The notes below the pieces were generated by a model. That model was given only the letters and a program-made list of their open reading frames with translations. It made no database searches and was not told the origin of the DNA. Of a stretch of 64,000 bases of DNA, positions 38,380 to 50,220 are shown one piece after another (the stretch's first letter is position 1; every line of letters starts with the position of its first letter). The translations under genes were made by a program, and so were the position numbers. The DNA comes from Antedon mediterranea (lineage: Eukaryota; Animalia; Echinodermata). The stretch is from assembly GCF_964355755.1 (NCBI RefSeq), contig NC_092674.1, positions 22,320,001-22,384,000 of the forward strand. The letters are read 5' to 3'.

Positions 38380-39830
38380 GTAGTTGATTCCAGTTCTATC
38401 CGCTTTTGTTTAAAAAAAACGCTGTTGCAGTCCTCCAGTGTTTGTATAAAAACACAAATTAGTTTACAAAAGAGATAAAACCTTGTAATGCATACCGTTA
38501 TTTTGAGATAATATTGATTATCGTGGAAATCCCTTTCCTTATGTATTAAAAAAAAATACACTTTTGTTTGCGAAAATTTAAAAAAAATTGATAAGGAATA
38601 TAATGAAATGAATATTGATTATTTGTGGAAATACCAGGCCAACTAAATTCGATTTGATTTACTTTAAAAAAATATACCTCGTGATGCATTAATTATAGTG
38701 CAAAAATCATATCTGGTAAATTCCAGTTCTAGCAGCATTTATATGTAAACAAATTCCAAAACATTGTCGTGATGAATAATATGATATTAATTCGCTTTGA
38801 AATTCCAATTCTATAGTTAGCAAGCTATTCACGTTGTTGTTATTTTAAAAATCTTTGTCTAAATTATTCTTTGTTATTAATCTGAACGTGAACGAATTTA
38901 ATCTTTTATTATAGACTAAAATTATTTATATTAATATTTTTTAATATATTTCATAATAATTTATATTAAATTTAACGAAAATCTTTTTTCATCTGTTGCC
39001 AATATACAAAAAAAAATAAATGAACATATATTTTTTTGATGTATTTTGTTGATTTTTACCTATCACAACATATTATTTGCTATAAGAGTTACTGCTGAGA
39101 AAAATCAATGAGGCATATTATATTTAAAAGAATATTGATTATTGTAGAAATTCTAGTCCTGATAGCATTTGCATTTAAAAATTCCGATTTGATTTAACAA
39201 AGACAAATATACCTCGTGATGCATTATTTATAGTGCAAAGTCATATCTGGTAAATTCCAGTTCTAGCAGCATTCATCTGTAAACGAATTACAGTTTGTTT
39301 TACAAGAATATTGATTTGTTTGGAAATTCCAATTTTAAGTTAGCAAGTAATTCATTTTGTTATTTAAAAAAATAGTTTTTGTTATTAATCTGAACGTTAA
39401 CGAATTTATTCATTTACAAACTGAAATTATTTATAGGCCTATTATTATTATTTATATTATTATTATTTCATAATTTAGATTGTCAACATACGACAATTGA
39501 ACGAAAATTATTTTTCATTTGGACGGTTGCCAATATACCAAAATTCCAAAATTCCAATCTGTATTACAAAAGAGAAAACCATCTGTCGATAAATAATACC
39601 TTAAAAATTCCAATCCTATAGTTAGCAAGCTATTCGTTTTGTGGTTATTTTTTAAATATTTAAAAAAATATGTTTTCGTATTATTCTACTTTAACGAATT
39701 TATTCATTAATGGACTTAAATTATTTATATTAATATGTTTTAATATATTTCCAAATAATTTAGATTGTTAAAATAGGAAAATTTAACAAAAATTATTTAT
39801 ATCTGTTTCCAGTATACCTACAAAAATGTT
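38380..39830. repeat. Degenerate tandem repeat region
   Basis: Recurring cores ggtaaattccagttctagcagcatt (38716, 39249) and aaattccaatt/cctatagttagcaagctattc (38800, 39324, 39605), plus atatacctcgtgatgcatt (38672, 39207). Confidence 0.65.
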
Positions 39831-40980
39831 AAGAACATTTGAAGTTGGTAAATTTCTTTTTCATATAATACGTTATGGTTTGCGTATGGTAATTATTTTA
39901 GTTGTATTTGTCTGTTTTGGATTGGCCAACCTCTAGCAGTAGCATATGTGCTTAAGAAATGTTTGGTTTTTCCTTGCTTTTTTTACATTCGTTTTAGATT
40001 GTAATGGCAGAAAATTTAAGTCTTAACAAACGTTCTTTACTTATTAATGGACTACAATAAATTAACATCAATTAATACATTACATTTAAAGATGTATTGT
40101 CCCTCTGAAAAAAATAATTATAAAAAAAATGTCTGTTGAATATGCCATTTTAATTTCACATAGGCCTAATAGTTATCCACTTTGACCAAGAATTAGATCG
40201 AAAAAAAAATGTATTTACCCGATAAAATAGTAATTTAAAGCAAACAATCGTCAAATTGGCTGCCAGCCAATGGATTTTTGGTTGAATTTAACCATTTATT
40301 TTGTTATTTTATAAGTGAAAACATTTTTTTCTACGGAAGTGATTAACTTTATTAAAATGACAAAATAATCTATTCAAAGTCTGATTTTATTAATCTTTAT
40401 TTTTCATGTTTTTGGGGGAAAATACATCTTTAAGAATCTAAATAAAGATCGGCTTTTGTTTCATCTGTTGACCTATTTCATATAAGCAATTTAATGTAAT
40501 TTTTTAAAAAATCCTATTAACAAAAACAACACACATACCACAACATGTCCACCGAAAACATTTCTCGTTAGCGGATGCGGCGTGTCCTTCTGGAAGAGCC
40601 AACTGCAATAATAACATTTTTTAAATTATTTTGTAAGTTTTACAAATGTATCCTACTGCACGCATCATATCATCATAACCGCAATTGAACTGAAAAGGTT
40701 TAAACGACATCAACATAGTTCATGAGGTGGAGGGGTGTTGCAATGGCTGGAGTTGTGTTATCAAAAATGTTTACCTCTTGGATGCGGTTAGATTGGGAGG
40801 GGAGTGGTTATTGGGATTGATAAGTCAACATAACTATATTTTTTACTACTGGAAAGGTTTGAAACTATATTTTCGAGTTTGTTTGGAAGAGGGTGGAGGA
40901 ATGCCGAGGTATATCAAATAGATACTGGCTTTAAGATCAATCGTTTCTTCTAGTAGCTTTAGAAAAAAATATATACTTAC

Positions 40981-41122
40981 AGTTCATTGCAGTATTCGGT
41001 CCACGAGTACAGATAGTAGAAACAGCTGGGTAAAATTTTCGTAAGAGGGAATTTACGGATATATAAGCAAACCGAAGCGTATCTTCAGCTATCCTATGCA
41101 TCACTCTAAACAAATTAGCCAT
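40981..41122 (-). CDS. Exon 1 of unknown micro-gene M1 (MANLFRVMHRIAEDTLRFAYISVNSLLRKFYPAVSTICTRGPNTAMN...)
   Basis: ATG in aagATGG context, gtaagt donor at 40980, CCAAT at 41235. Paralog M2 differs by an in-frame 3-nt indel. Confidence 0.5.
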
Positions 41123-42250
41123 CTTTTTGTCCTTTGTTACTTTAATTAGTATTGAACTTACTTTAGTAAATAACAAGTGAATAAACCTATCTATGATGTT
41201 ATACATCCATTCGGCCCTAATTTCGGAAACTTATCCAATTACATTTCTACACGTAACTGTTAATTTTCAGACCTACAGTAAGTAACACATTTCGATTCCA
41301 ATTTGATTAATTGAATGACGTTACAGTATTGATCTTGTTGAGATGTAGAATGTAGATTGTTATAGAATCACTAAATAGTAATAATATTCAGTTTGAAATG
41401 GTTTGATGACTTTTCCCATTATTATTATTATTATTATTATTACATTATTATAGTAAAATTATGTAATACAACATAACTGAGATATTTTATTGAAAGACGA
41501 TCTATCATGGTAGTACATGTCATTCTGGAATAAACTGTCTGTCATTCTTTCTATTCCTTTCCAAAGGCTATACAAGTTTCGGATGGTGATGTTGATTTGA
41601 TAATTATAAATTCAAAAATCATTAGGCTTAAATACAATTTTTTGAATGATCAGTTTCTCAAGTTTAATGCTACTCTCAGCTTCAGTGACATGCATTTAAC
41701 CTTCGTCAATATGTACCTCATTACATCTAGTTGTATTCGTTTGTTTTTATTCTATGCTTCGTTGCCCATTATTTCGTTCATTTACCATCGTCTTTGTTTA
41801 TCTACAGTATAATCATGTTCAAATTCTAACCAATATAACTTCATCCTCATTATCACCAGCAAAACAGTTATAACCAACAAAACGGCATTTTTTTCCCTTG
41901 TAATCAACCATTTTAGGCCTCATTACCATAATCAGTATCACTGTTATCATCAACACTAACACCATCAATTAAATCTATCTTATCGACCGGTAATCACTTA
42001 TAATTGTTCGTAATAGTAATTAGTTTTTCATTGATGTCGTCATCGTCATTACAAAATACACAAACAGATTTCCTCCGATTTGAAACAGCATATTTATTAG
42101 ATTGTAACGTTTGTTAGTAACATAGAATTACCCATCATTATTTTTTCTAAATTAACTACTGTCAATAATTTTCAATATCACTGTCTGGTTTATAATTCCG
42201 TGTGCCTGTAAATTATGTTAGTATCTATTCTTCGGAGATCCCACATAAAA

Positions 42251-42322
42251 GCCAAAGTGGTTCAATGGTCAGTTAATAATGCATATCAAGTAAAAAGTTC
42301 CGAGTTCGAATCCAGGTCAAGC
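42251..42322 (+). mobile_element. tRNA-derived SINE head / decayed tRNA
   Basis: A-box-like TGGTTCAATGG and B-box GAGTTCGAATCC; acceptor stem does not pair. Confidence 0.55.
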
Positions 42323-42962
42323 TGATTTTATTCATTCTGACAGATTTATCATTTCTAAATTACGGGTTACTAATTAATTTCCAGAGAGTAAATAAAAAAT
42401 AAATATTGTTGTTGTATGATCCGTATGCCAAAATCTACCGCCTTTATTCATAACCACGTTTCACTACATAATAATTACGTTGAAACTAAACTAATAATAA
42501 CAATAAATATGTTTGAATATTTGTCATTTAATATCGTCGCAAAAATATTATTTTTGAAAATAAGTTGTGAGTAAGTCCACATATTCCGTGCTCAGATCAG
42601 TTATGTACTTAGAATACTGCCACTCCCACTTGTAAACTGTTAACTTAATCTTCTTGAGATTCTATAACTGAAAGAAACATTGGAATATTCATCATAGTTT
42701 ACTTGCTTTAGTCTTTGTTAAATATTCAATTCATTATTTATATTTTATTATGTATATGTTTTATTGAGTCTCATAAATTAATCTACACAGAACCTGGATT
42801 GGCCATCCATAACAAATATGGCAATACATAAATATTTTTTGTTTCTCATTGAATCCTTTACGATCGATTAAAATGATCAAATTTTCATTTTGATATATTA
42901 AAAACTAATTGAAATAATATCTTTAAGTGAGTACACTATTATTTATGTAGACACCACTTACT

Positions 42963-43196
42963 TTAATATAATTGATTAGGTCCTATATTATTGTGAAACT
43001 TTCCACATACGCAGTTTCTTCGTAAAATGTAACGCGTTTGGCCATGGTGGTATGCATATCTGGGCTCTTTAATATAAGAACATGACCTGTGTTCCTCGGT
43101 TTGTATCACTTTACCAGTACCATCGCAATAGCATACCAGAATCCAGGTGTCACCATTTTTAATCCAATCGCATTTTTCAGAGTTATGTTCCATCAT
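42963..43196 (-). CDS. Small Cys/His-rich protein family, copy C, ~77 aa, intact (alternative in-frame ATG at 43211)
   Basis: HNSEKCDW...LVCYC...TEEHRSCSY...YILRRNCVCGKFH; TATA and CCAAT upstream; gtaagt donor 1 nt after the stop. Confidence 0.8.
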   Translation of the reverse strand: MMEHNSEKCDWIKNGDTWILVCYCDGTGKVIQTEEHRSCSYIKEPRYAYHHGQTRYILRRNCVCGKFHNNIGPNQLY

Positions 43197-43238
43197 GGAA
43201 GACTCAATCATACGAATTCTAATTGCGCTAACTAGTAA

Positions 43239-43280
43239 TTTTATAAAGTTATTTCTTAAAATCGACTGACCAATCAGCTT
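43239..43280 (-). promoter_or_regulatory. TATA box plus CCAAT box promoter of copy C
   Basis: Minus strand AGCTGATTGGTCAG then TATAAA 25 bp downstream; same layout at 52920-52960, 53844-53884 and 55909-55955. Confidence 0.7.
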
Positions 43281-44989
43281 TAAGAGTAATGATCATTCGT
43301 TATAAAAAATCATTCAACTGTTTTGGTTCAGCAACCACATCTCCACTGTGATATGATTTGACAAAATATAAATTATACGACAAAATATTTTTCTGTGGAA
43401 ATGTATATTTTATTGGAATTCTTTTTGATATACATTCTAAATATATAAAACAATTAATTAAAATATACACTATTTGTGAAATTTTCGATTTGCCTTTTCA
43501 TAATAAACAGGTTTGAGTTGCTGGAAAATATAAAATGAGTTATTGTTGAGAAATGCATTGATAAAAAGAAAACAGAACTTGATTTTTATTTTTAATTGAA
43601 CTCGCTAAATATCAAAAACATAAAATAAACTTCATAATTGATTAATTTAGAGTAGGGTAATATTTTGTAATAACTGTTCTTATTGTAAATTTAATTTTTC
43701 ATTTCCAATATTCTCGTAATGATATACAAGAAACTAACGAATATTTTATGCAGGCCTACAGTATGTATTAAATTATAATTTTGTAATAACTGAAAGAGAA
43801 TAATGCATACAGTGTTGACATTCCCTCGTAGGATCTCAAATGTTATATTATATCTCTTGAATTAGGCGATATCTGTATAATGTTTTATGTAAGAGAAATT
43901 CTTCTCTGGTAATATAGACAAAGTTATTTTCTGAATTCAATTTGATCAAATCAAATCATTTCGCTGTGTGTCATATTCCGTGCTACTTCATTTGGGTCCA
44001 CTAGAACTGAACTGGATGTTCCATTTTATATCTGAAAGAAAATAATAATAATATAATATTAATTATTTTAGTTTATCACTAATAATAGCAATGTAAGTTT
44101 AATAATAGGAAGTTGTCGGAACTTGACGTGTGAACTGTATGACAGTGATCTTGAACATACACAAGCGTCTATTCCGTGTCCAACTTTCTCTTCTTACACC
44201 TATAAAAACAATAATGTGACGACATTTATTTTTTACTAAAGATACAATTTATTGTCTTGTTATTTTGTAAACATGCCTACGTTTATGCAATGTTTTTCAT
44301 TTGGTTGTTTCATTTGTCCTCTGCTCATACAGTATTAATGTAGAATTTCCTTCTTCTTTATTGTATCAAACAAAAATGTCAATGCAAAAGGTAGCCAAGA
44401 TATAGCCGAAGCTAGGTACCTTTTATCTTAACTAACTTAAGCTACGAAATTAACAAATAAATAACAGAACTTAAAAGAAAATAAAAATGTGATAACGTCA
44501 AAAACAATAATAAGTATCATAATATAAATAAATTACATATTTACATAATAACGTTTCATATTGAATTTGGAATGTTATTGAATGGTATATTTATATTGAA
44601 AATATCAATAGTACTAGTTACAGTATAGACATATTTAAAATAGTGTAAGCTGGATTTAAACTATAGATTAATTTCTGTAGGCCTATACTTTTAATAATAT
44701 ACATCTATAGTGCCCATGTTTTTTTTTTATTGCAATAGTCATAAACAAAATATTGTATTATCTGCTGCACATTCCCAATGTTATATTGCTGTTTAGACTT
44801 GGTAAATTATATTTTTTACACTTTATAAGATTTATTTTAACTTTATAAGATTTATTTAAACATTCTGTTTCTATAAGTTAATAACATTGGAATTTGGTTT
44901 CTTTGGTTAAATTAAATTTACATTTTAAACTTAAATTTGCAATGGTAATATCTTGTTATGTTATATAATTATCATTACCTTGCATGGTA

Positions 44990-45235
44990 CTAGTCATTCA
45001 TATCTGCTGCTGGCCCTACCCCTGATTGGTATTTTCCACAACTACAGTTTCTCCTTAGGATGTAAGATGCCCGACCTCTAGGAATTTGATAGTAGTTGCA
45101 ATTGAAATTAGACTTGTGTTTTTCTGTTTGAACGCCTAAATGTTTACTACATTGACAGTTCCTTGTCAATACTCTTTTACGACCGACCACAGATATCTCC
45201 CATCTGCAAAGTGCGTTAGTATGTTCTTCGTCCAT
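44990..45235 (-). CDS. Small Cys/His-rich protein family, copy A', 81 aa, intact
   Basis: EEHTNALCRW...LTRNCQC...TEKHKSNFNCNY...YILRRNCSCG; clearest internal duplication; donor 11 nt after TAG. Confidence 0.8.
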   Translation of the reverse strand: MDEEHTNALCRWEISVVGRKRVLTRNCQCSKHLGVQTEKHKSNFNCNYYQIPRGRASYILRRNCSCGKYQSGVGPAADMND

Positions 45236-45723
45236 GATGCTAAAGCGTGGAGTGTAAATTACTTCTTTTGAAAATCAGCATAAAGTATATGTAACAATCA
45301 ACCAATTAACGACTGCAACTGAAGAAAGTGTTGTTTTCAAAAGGTACAACCAGCCAATCGAAGGTTGCATAGTCATTTTTTATTTGATAAAAAGTAGTTT
45401 GAATAAAATATAATTTCAGGGTGTTCACGTGGTAAACAACTCAAGTCAGGCCTAACTAAAACACATATTCAATTCAATTTATCATAAACTACCACCACCT
45501 TTAGAAAGTCCAGAGTTGGAAGAGTATAAATAAATGTAATATTTTGTGATTATGAGATAGAAGTTCGCTTAATTGTTTAGTTAATATTTTAAAAAATTCT
45601 TTTACTTGAACAGTAATCGAAATCGACGCACTGGCTCACCCTTCCATATTCTTACGATTGATACGATTTAGTGTTATTAAGGATTTGCAAAAAAAAAAAG
45701 AAGAAATAGCAGTATTATATACC

Positions 45724-46036
45724 TTAATTCTTTGAAGAGTTTGAACCAGAATAGCTTTTAAATTTTCCACAGTAACAGTGTCGACGAAGTATGTTCCTTA
45801 TAGGGTATTTTCGGGATTTTTATTTGAAAAAAAGTAGTTTGAATAAAATATAATTTCAGGGTGTTCACGGTGTTCACGGGATTCAAAGCTCCAATAGCAA
45901 TCTGATCGCCCATGGTCTTCACTTTCGTGATCTTTGTTTCGATTACAGAAACATTCGAGTATTATTTCGTTGGTACCCGTTTTTTTTTCATTTTGCAATC
46001 TTCATCACGATGCGTCTCAGTCTTGCTGTAGTGCAT
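45724..46036 (-). pseudogene. Small Cys/His-rich protein family, copy B', disrupted
   Basis: Near-identical to copy B but frameshifted in the A-run (~45980-45994, Trp codon lost) and carrying a ~65-bp insertion at 45819-45883. Confidence 0.85.
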
Positions 46037-48843
46037 CCTTTTTCGTTTTCTTTATATCTTGATTATGATTTTCCGTATGATGAAGCCTTCTTATGTTTGG
46101 TAAAATTATACGTTTAGTATTCGTTGACAAACAAGCAACTGTCAACAATGCTTTGATTTAGAATATGTTTATTTATGATAGACCCTATTGTGACTCATGC
46201 GAAAATAATATCACTGAATTAACATAACTCGGACAGCCCACTATTACGTATAATATTTTTTTTAATTTGTAAAATAGATATTTTTAGATCAGTAAATTCT
46301 GATTACTATTATTTATTATTATGCCTATTAAATTCAAATTTATGATTATGTTTTTATTTACAAATTAACTAATTGGTGAACGCCTAAAATCGGATTGCTT
46401 TGAATGTTATAAAGATATTTAATAAATAACTTAAAACGACCTAATTAATTTGCGTGAGATTGCCAGCAACAGAAATAAGTGGCTTTTGTTATTTTGAATC
46501 TTTATTTTTACGTTATTTTATATTTTTTGTTGTTGTAGGATGCATGCATGTAAGAAGGTATCAGATTTTGTAAATCCACAGTGCGTGGTTTTGTTACATT
46601 TTTTGGAATAAAGTTACCTATATATAATAAATAACTGTAAAATACATCAATTCCATGTTAGTTTAAAACCTTTGGCAGCTGGATTTGTATTATATTAGTC
46701 AGAAAGTGTGTGAAAGGTCAAATTCCTCATCAAAACTACATCCATTACGCTTGAAAATATACGTTGTTCAAATAACAATAAGGGATTTTGTAAAAGTATC
46801 AATGAACTACTTAACTTTTTGAAAACATTTGCTTAGGTCATTAGTATTTAATAGAATATCTTTCAAGGAAATCAGTAGCATTTTTCAATAGATAAATTAA
46901 CGTATTTTATCACAACATTGACAGATAATTATATAAATAATTTTATTAATAATAAATTAAATAATAATAACAGATCTCATATGAAATAAACGTATACTTA
47001 TTGGCTTACATATACAGTAATAAACTTCCACTTATACAGTAGATCCCATGATGTAGTAATAGTATACAGCAAATTTCAGTCTGCCCACCTCTGTAGGAAA
47101 CCAAATTCAATTTACATTTTTAAATAATGTTTCTACATCACTAAACGAATTTAATTAAACTATCAACGAATCACATAAATTTAGCATGTTAATATTTTCT
47201 TAATAGGTCATAGTGAATTAATAAAATATTGTTGAATGAGATATAATATTAGCATATATAATATTAGGATTTATAAACAGAACATTTTATCGAACAAAAA
47301 CACGTTATAGAATTTCGGCCGACAAATTTAAACCAATGGTACAATGACACCGTAGCACACACATAAATATAATGGTAAATTCTATCCACTTTAGTATGAA
47401 TACTAAATGAGGAATGACTTTTGATGACACTAATGATTCTAAACCCACTAAACTTAGAAATATTGTGAATACAAAATTTCGATTTGGTTCACAAAGATAA
47501 TCTCTCGTGTTGTATTATTTGCTTTCATCTCTAAACGAATTAAAATTTATTTAGCAATGGAGGAAACAGAAACGTAAGCTATAGTAAGCTATTCAGTTGT
47601 TCTTATTTAGCAGTACATGTCTAGGTTTCAATCAGGTCACTAATTACCGGAAATGTTGACATTGGTGGATTCCCTTATGATCCTTCAAATAGACAACAAT
47701 ACCTAGTCTAAATACGTCATATATTCTTTGTTATGTATCTGAACTTTAACGAATTTATTAATTTAAACTTAAATAAACATGTTTTAATTGATTTCAAAAG
47801 ATATATAAACATTCAACGAACATTATTTCAAAGCTGTTAACAACATATTTCTTTCAAAAAAAAAACCTGATTTCACAGATTACACCGTGTTCTACATTAA
47901 CCTGTATGGCATACAGTCATAAAAGTAAAATAAGAAAACTTTATGCTTTCAATCGTACTTTGTCATAACCTCTATTTTCTCGGCTATTCTATTTGATGTA
48001 GTTGCTAACATTGTAATTTTAAAATGTATATTCCATTTGTAGATTTCTGTGTGAGTTTGATTTGTAAGCTTTGTATAAAGCAATACATATTCTCAATGAA
48101 ATTATAACAATATATTAATGTATGTCCTTACAATAGTAAAGAATATAGTTAAACTATCAGTTAATTAGCTAAATTGAGCATGTTACTATTATTTTAGACC
48201 ATTATAGTTTAGTAAAATGATGTTAAATGAGATATATTAGCATTTATATTTAGATAAACACATGTTTGTTAGCGAGCTAAAACATTGTTGTAAACTTCGG
48301 TTGGCAAAATTACATATCGTATGATGCAATACTAGTACATCTATAGTATCTAGTTGATTCCAGTTCTATCCGCTTTTGTTAAAAAAAAAACCACCATGTA
48401 TAATGAAAAACAATTTTGTGATGACAATGTTGCAGCTTCTCTAGTGTTTGTATAAAAACACAAATTGGTTTACAAAAGAGATAAAACCTTGTAATGCATA
48501 CCGGTACTTTGGGATATTGATTGTCTTGGAAATTCCATTTCTGACCTCTTTGTATTAAAACAAAAAATGCAATTTGGTTTGCGAAAATTAGAAAATATTG
48601 ATGAGGAAAATATTGAAATGAATATTGGTTATTTGTGGAAATTCCAGGCCTAACACTAATGGTTTTTGTATGCATATAAATAAAACACTATATGTAAAAT
48701 GTAAAAATCAGAAAATAACGAAAAAAGTATAAAACGGAAATTTAATGTACGAAAATGAAATGTGAACGAAACATGTATGAAATATTGAATGAATAAAGGT
48801 GATGGTTAACCACAAAAGAGAAAAAAAAATATTTTGTAAGTTA

Positions 48844-49725
48844 GGGTATGTTCAGACTCACGGAGTTACGGTGGAGTTATCTACGCAAGGCGTACGGTAA
48901 TCCGTGGCGTTAAAAGTCAAGGTGTTCAGACACAACGATTAGCATTCCAAACGTCTTGCGTTTAAAGCGGAAGTTCCGTCATACCGAAACGGCCGATGGG
49001 ATACATACACAATAACAACAACAGAGAGCTGAGAGTGACACGCGCGAAAGTTTACAACACTAGCTAGGCCTAGCAATATAATACAATGTTACCTTCAAAT
49101 GTAATGGTTTTTTTGCCGATTTTTTTTGCAAATCCTTACAGAAGATAGTAATTTCGAACATAATTATTACACGGACAATGACTTTGCCATTATTTGTATG
49201 ATTTTAATTAATTTTGTGAAATCATGTCACCGACGCCAACTTCGTCAGGAAGAATTTTGCAGTTTAGATGCAATTTCTTTAAAAACAGCCATCTTGTTGC
49301 AGGCGCTAGCTTTCCAATTCCTAATTTCTATCTTGTCTATAAATTCAGGGCTGCCCCATAATGAAATCAAATCAGCCACTTCTGTACTTTTCCATGTAAC
49401 ACGTTTCATTTTAATTCGAATGTTGCTGTTGATCTAGGCTAGCTCGAGGAATAGCTATATTGTTTTGCTATTAAAAAAAAACCTCGCGAATAGACTGCTG
49501 CTAATTGCGGTCGTGTCTTTTCATTGGCTGACGTTGACCGGAGGTTGAAATCACTGATGCATCAATGGATTAGCCTTATGAAATCTACCCTCTCCCGCTG
49601 GAGTTATTAACGCCACTGGCGCGGAGTAACAGCTCCCTAACGCTAATCCGCGGCATGGTTCAGACACAAAAATATGTACGCCGCGTACATAACTCCACCG
49701 TAACTCCGTGAGTCTGAACATACCC
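48844..49725. mobile_element. PIF/Harbinger non-autonomous element, 882 bp
   Basis: Perfect 37-bp TIR GGGTATGTTCAGACTCACGGAGTTACGGTGGAGTTAT, TTA TSD on both sides; absent at the paralogous site near 40635. Confidence 0.92.
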
Positions 49726-50081
49726 TTAGTACAGAGTTTTACAAATCTGTCCTCTACTGCACGCATCATATCAGTAACCGCAATTGAACTGAAAAGGTTT
49801 AAACGACATCAAAATAGTTCATGGGGTGGAGGGATGTGGATTGTTGCAAGGACTGGGGCTGTGTGCTATCAAAGTGTTTACTTCTTGGAGGCGGTTGCAT
49901 TGGGAGGGAGTGATTATTAGGATTGTCAACATAACCATAGTTTTTACTACTGGGAAGGGTTGAAACTACATTTCCGAGTTTGTTTGGAAGAGGGTGAGGG
50001 ATTGACGAGGTATATCAAATAGATACTGGCTTTAAGATCAATCGTTTATTCTAGTAGCTTTAGGAAACATTACATACTTAC

Positions 50082-50220
50082 TGTTCATTGCAGTATTCGG
50101 TCCACGAGTACAGATACTACGAACTGTCGGGTAAGCTCGTAAGATGAAATGTACGGATACATAAGCAAACCGAAGTGTATCACCAGCTATCCTATACATC
50201 ACTCTAAACAAATTAGCCAT
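50082..50220 (-). CDS. Exon 1 of unknown micro-gene M2 (MANLFRVMYRIAGDTLRFAYVSVHFILRAYPTVRSICTRGPNTAMN...)
   Basis: Paralog of M1 with the same gtaagt donor and the same phase. Confidence 0.5.

Noticed and set aside
42251-42322. Functional tRNA gene (also 51383-51454 and ~63345-63405)
   Set aside because: A and B boxes are present but acceptor and anticodon stems do not pair and there is no clean terminator; treated as SINE/pseudo-tRNA.
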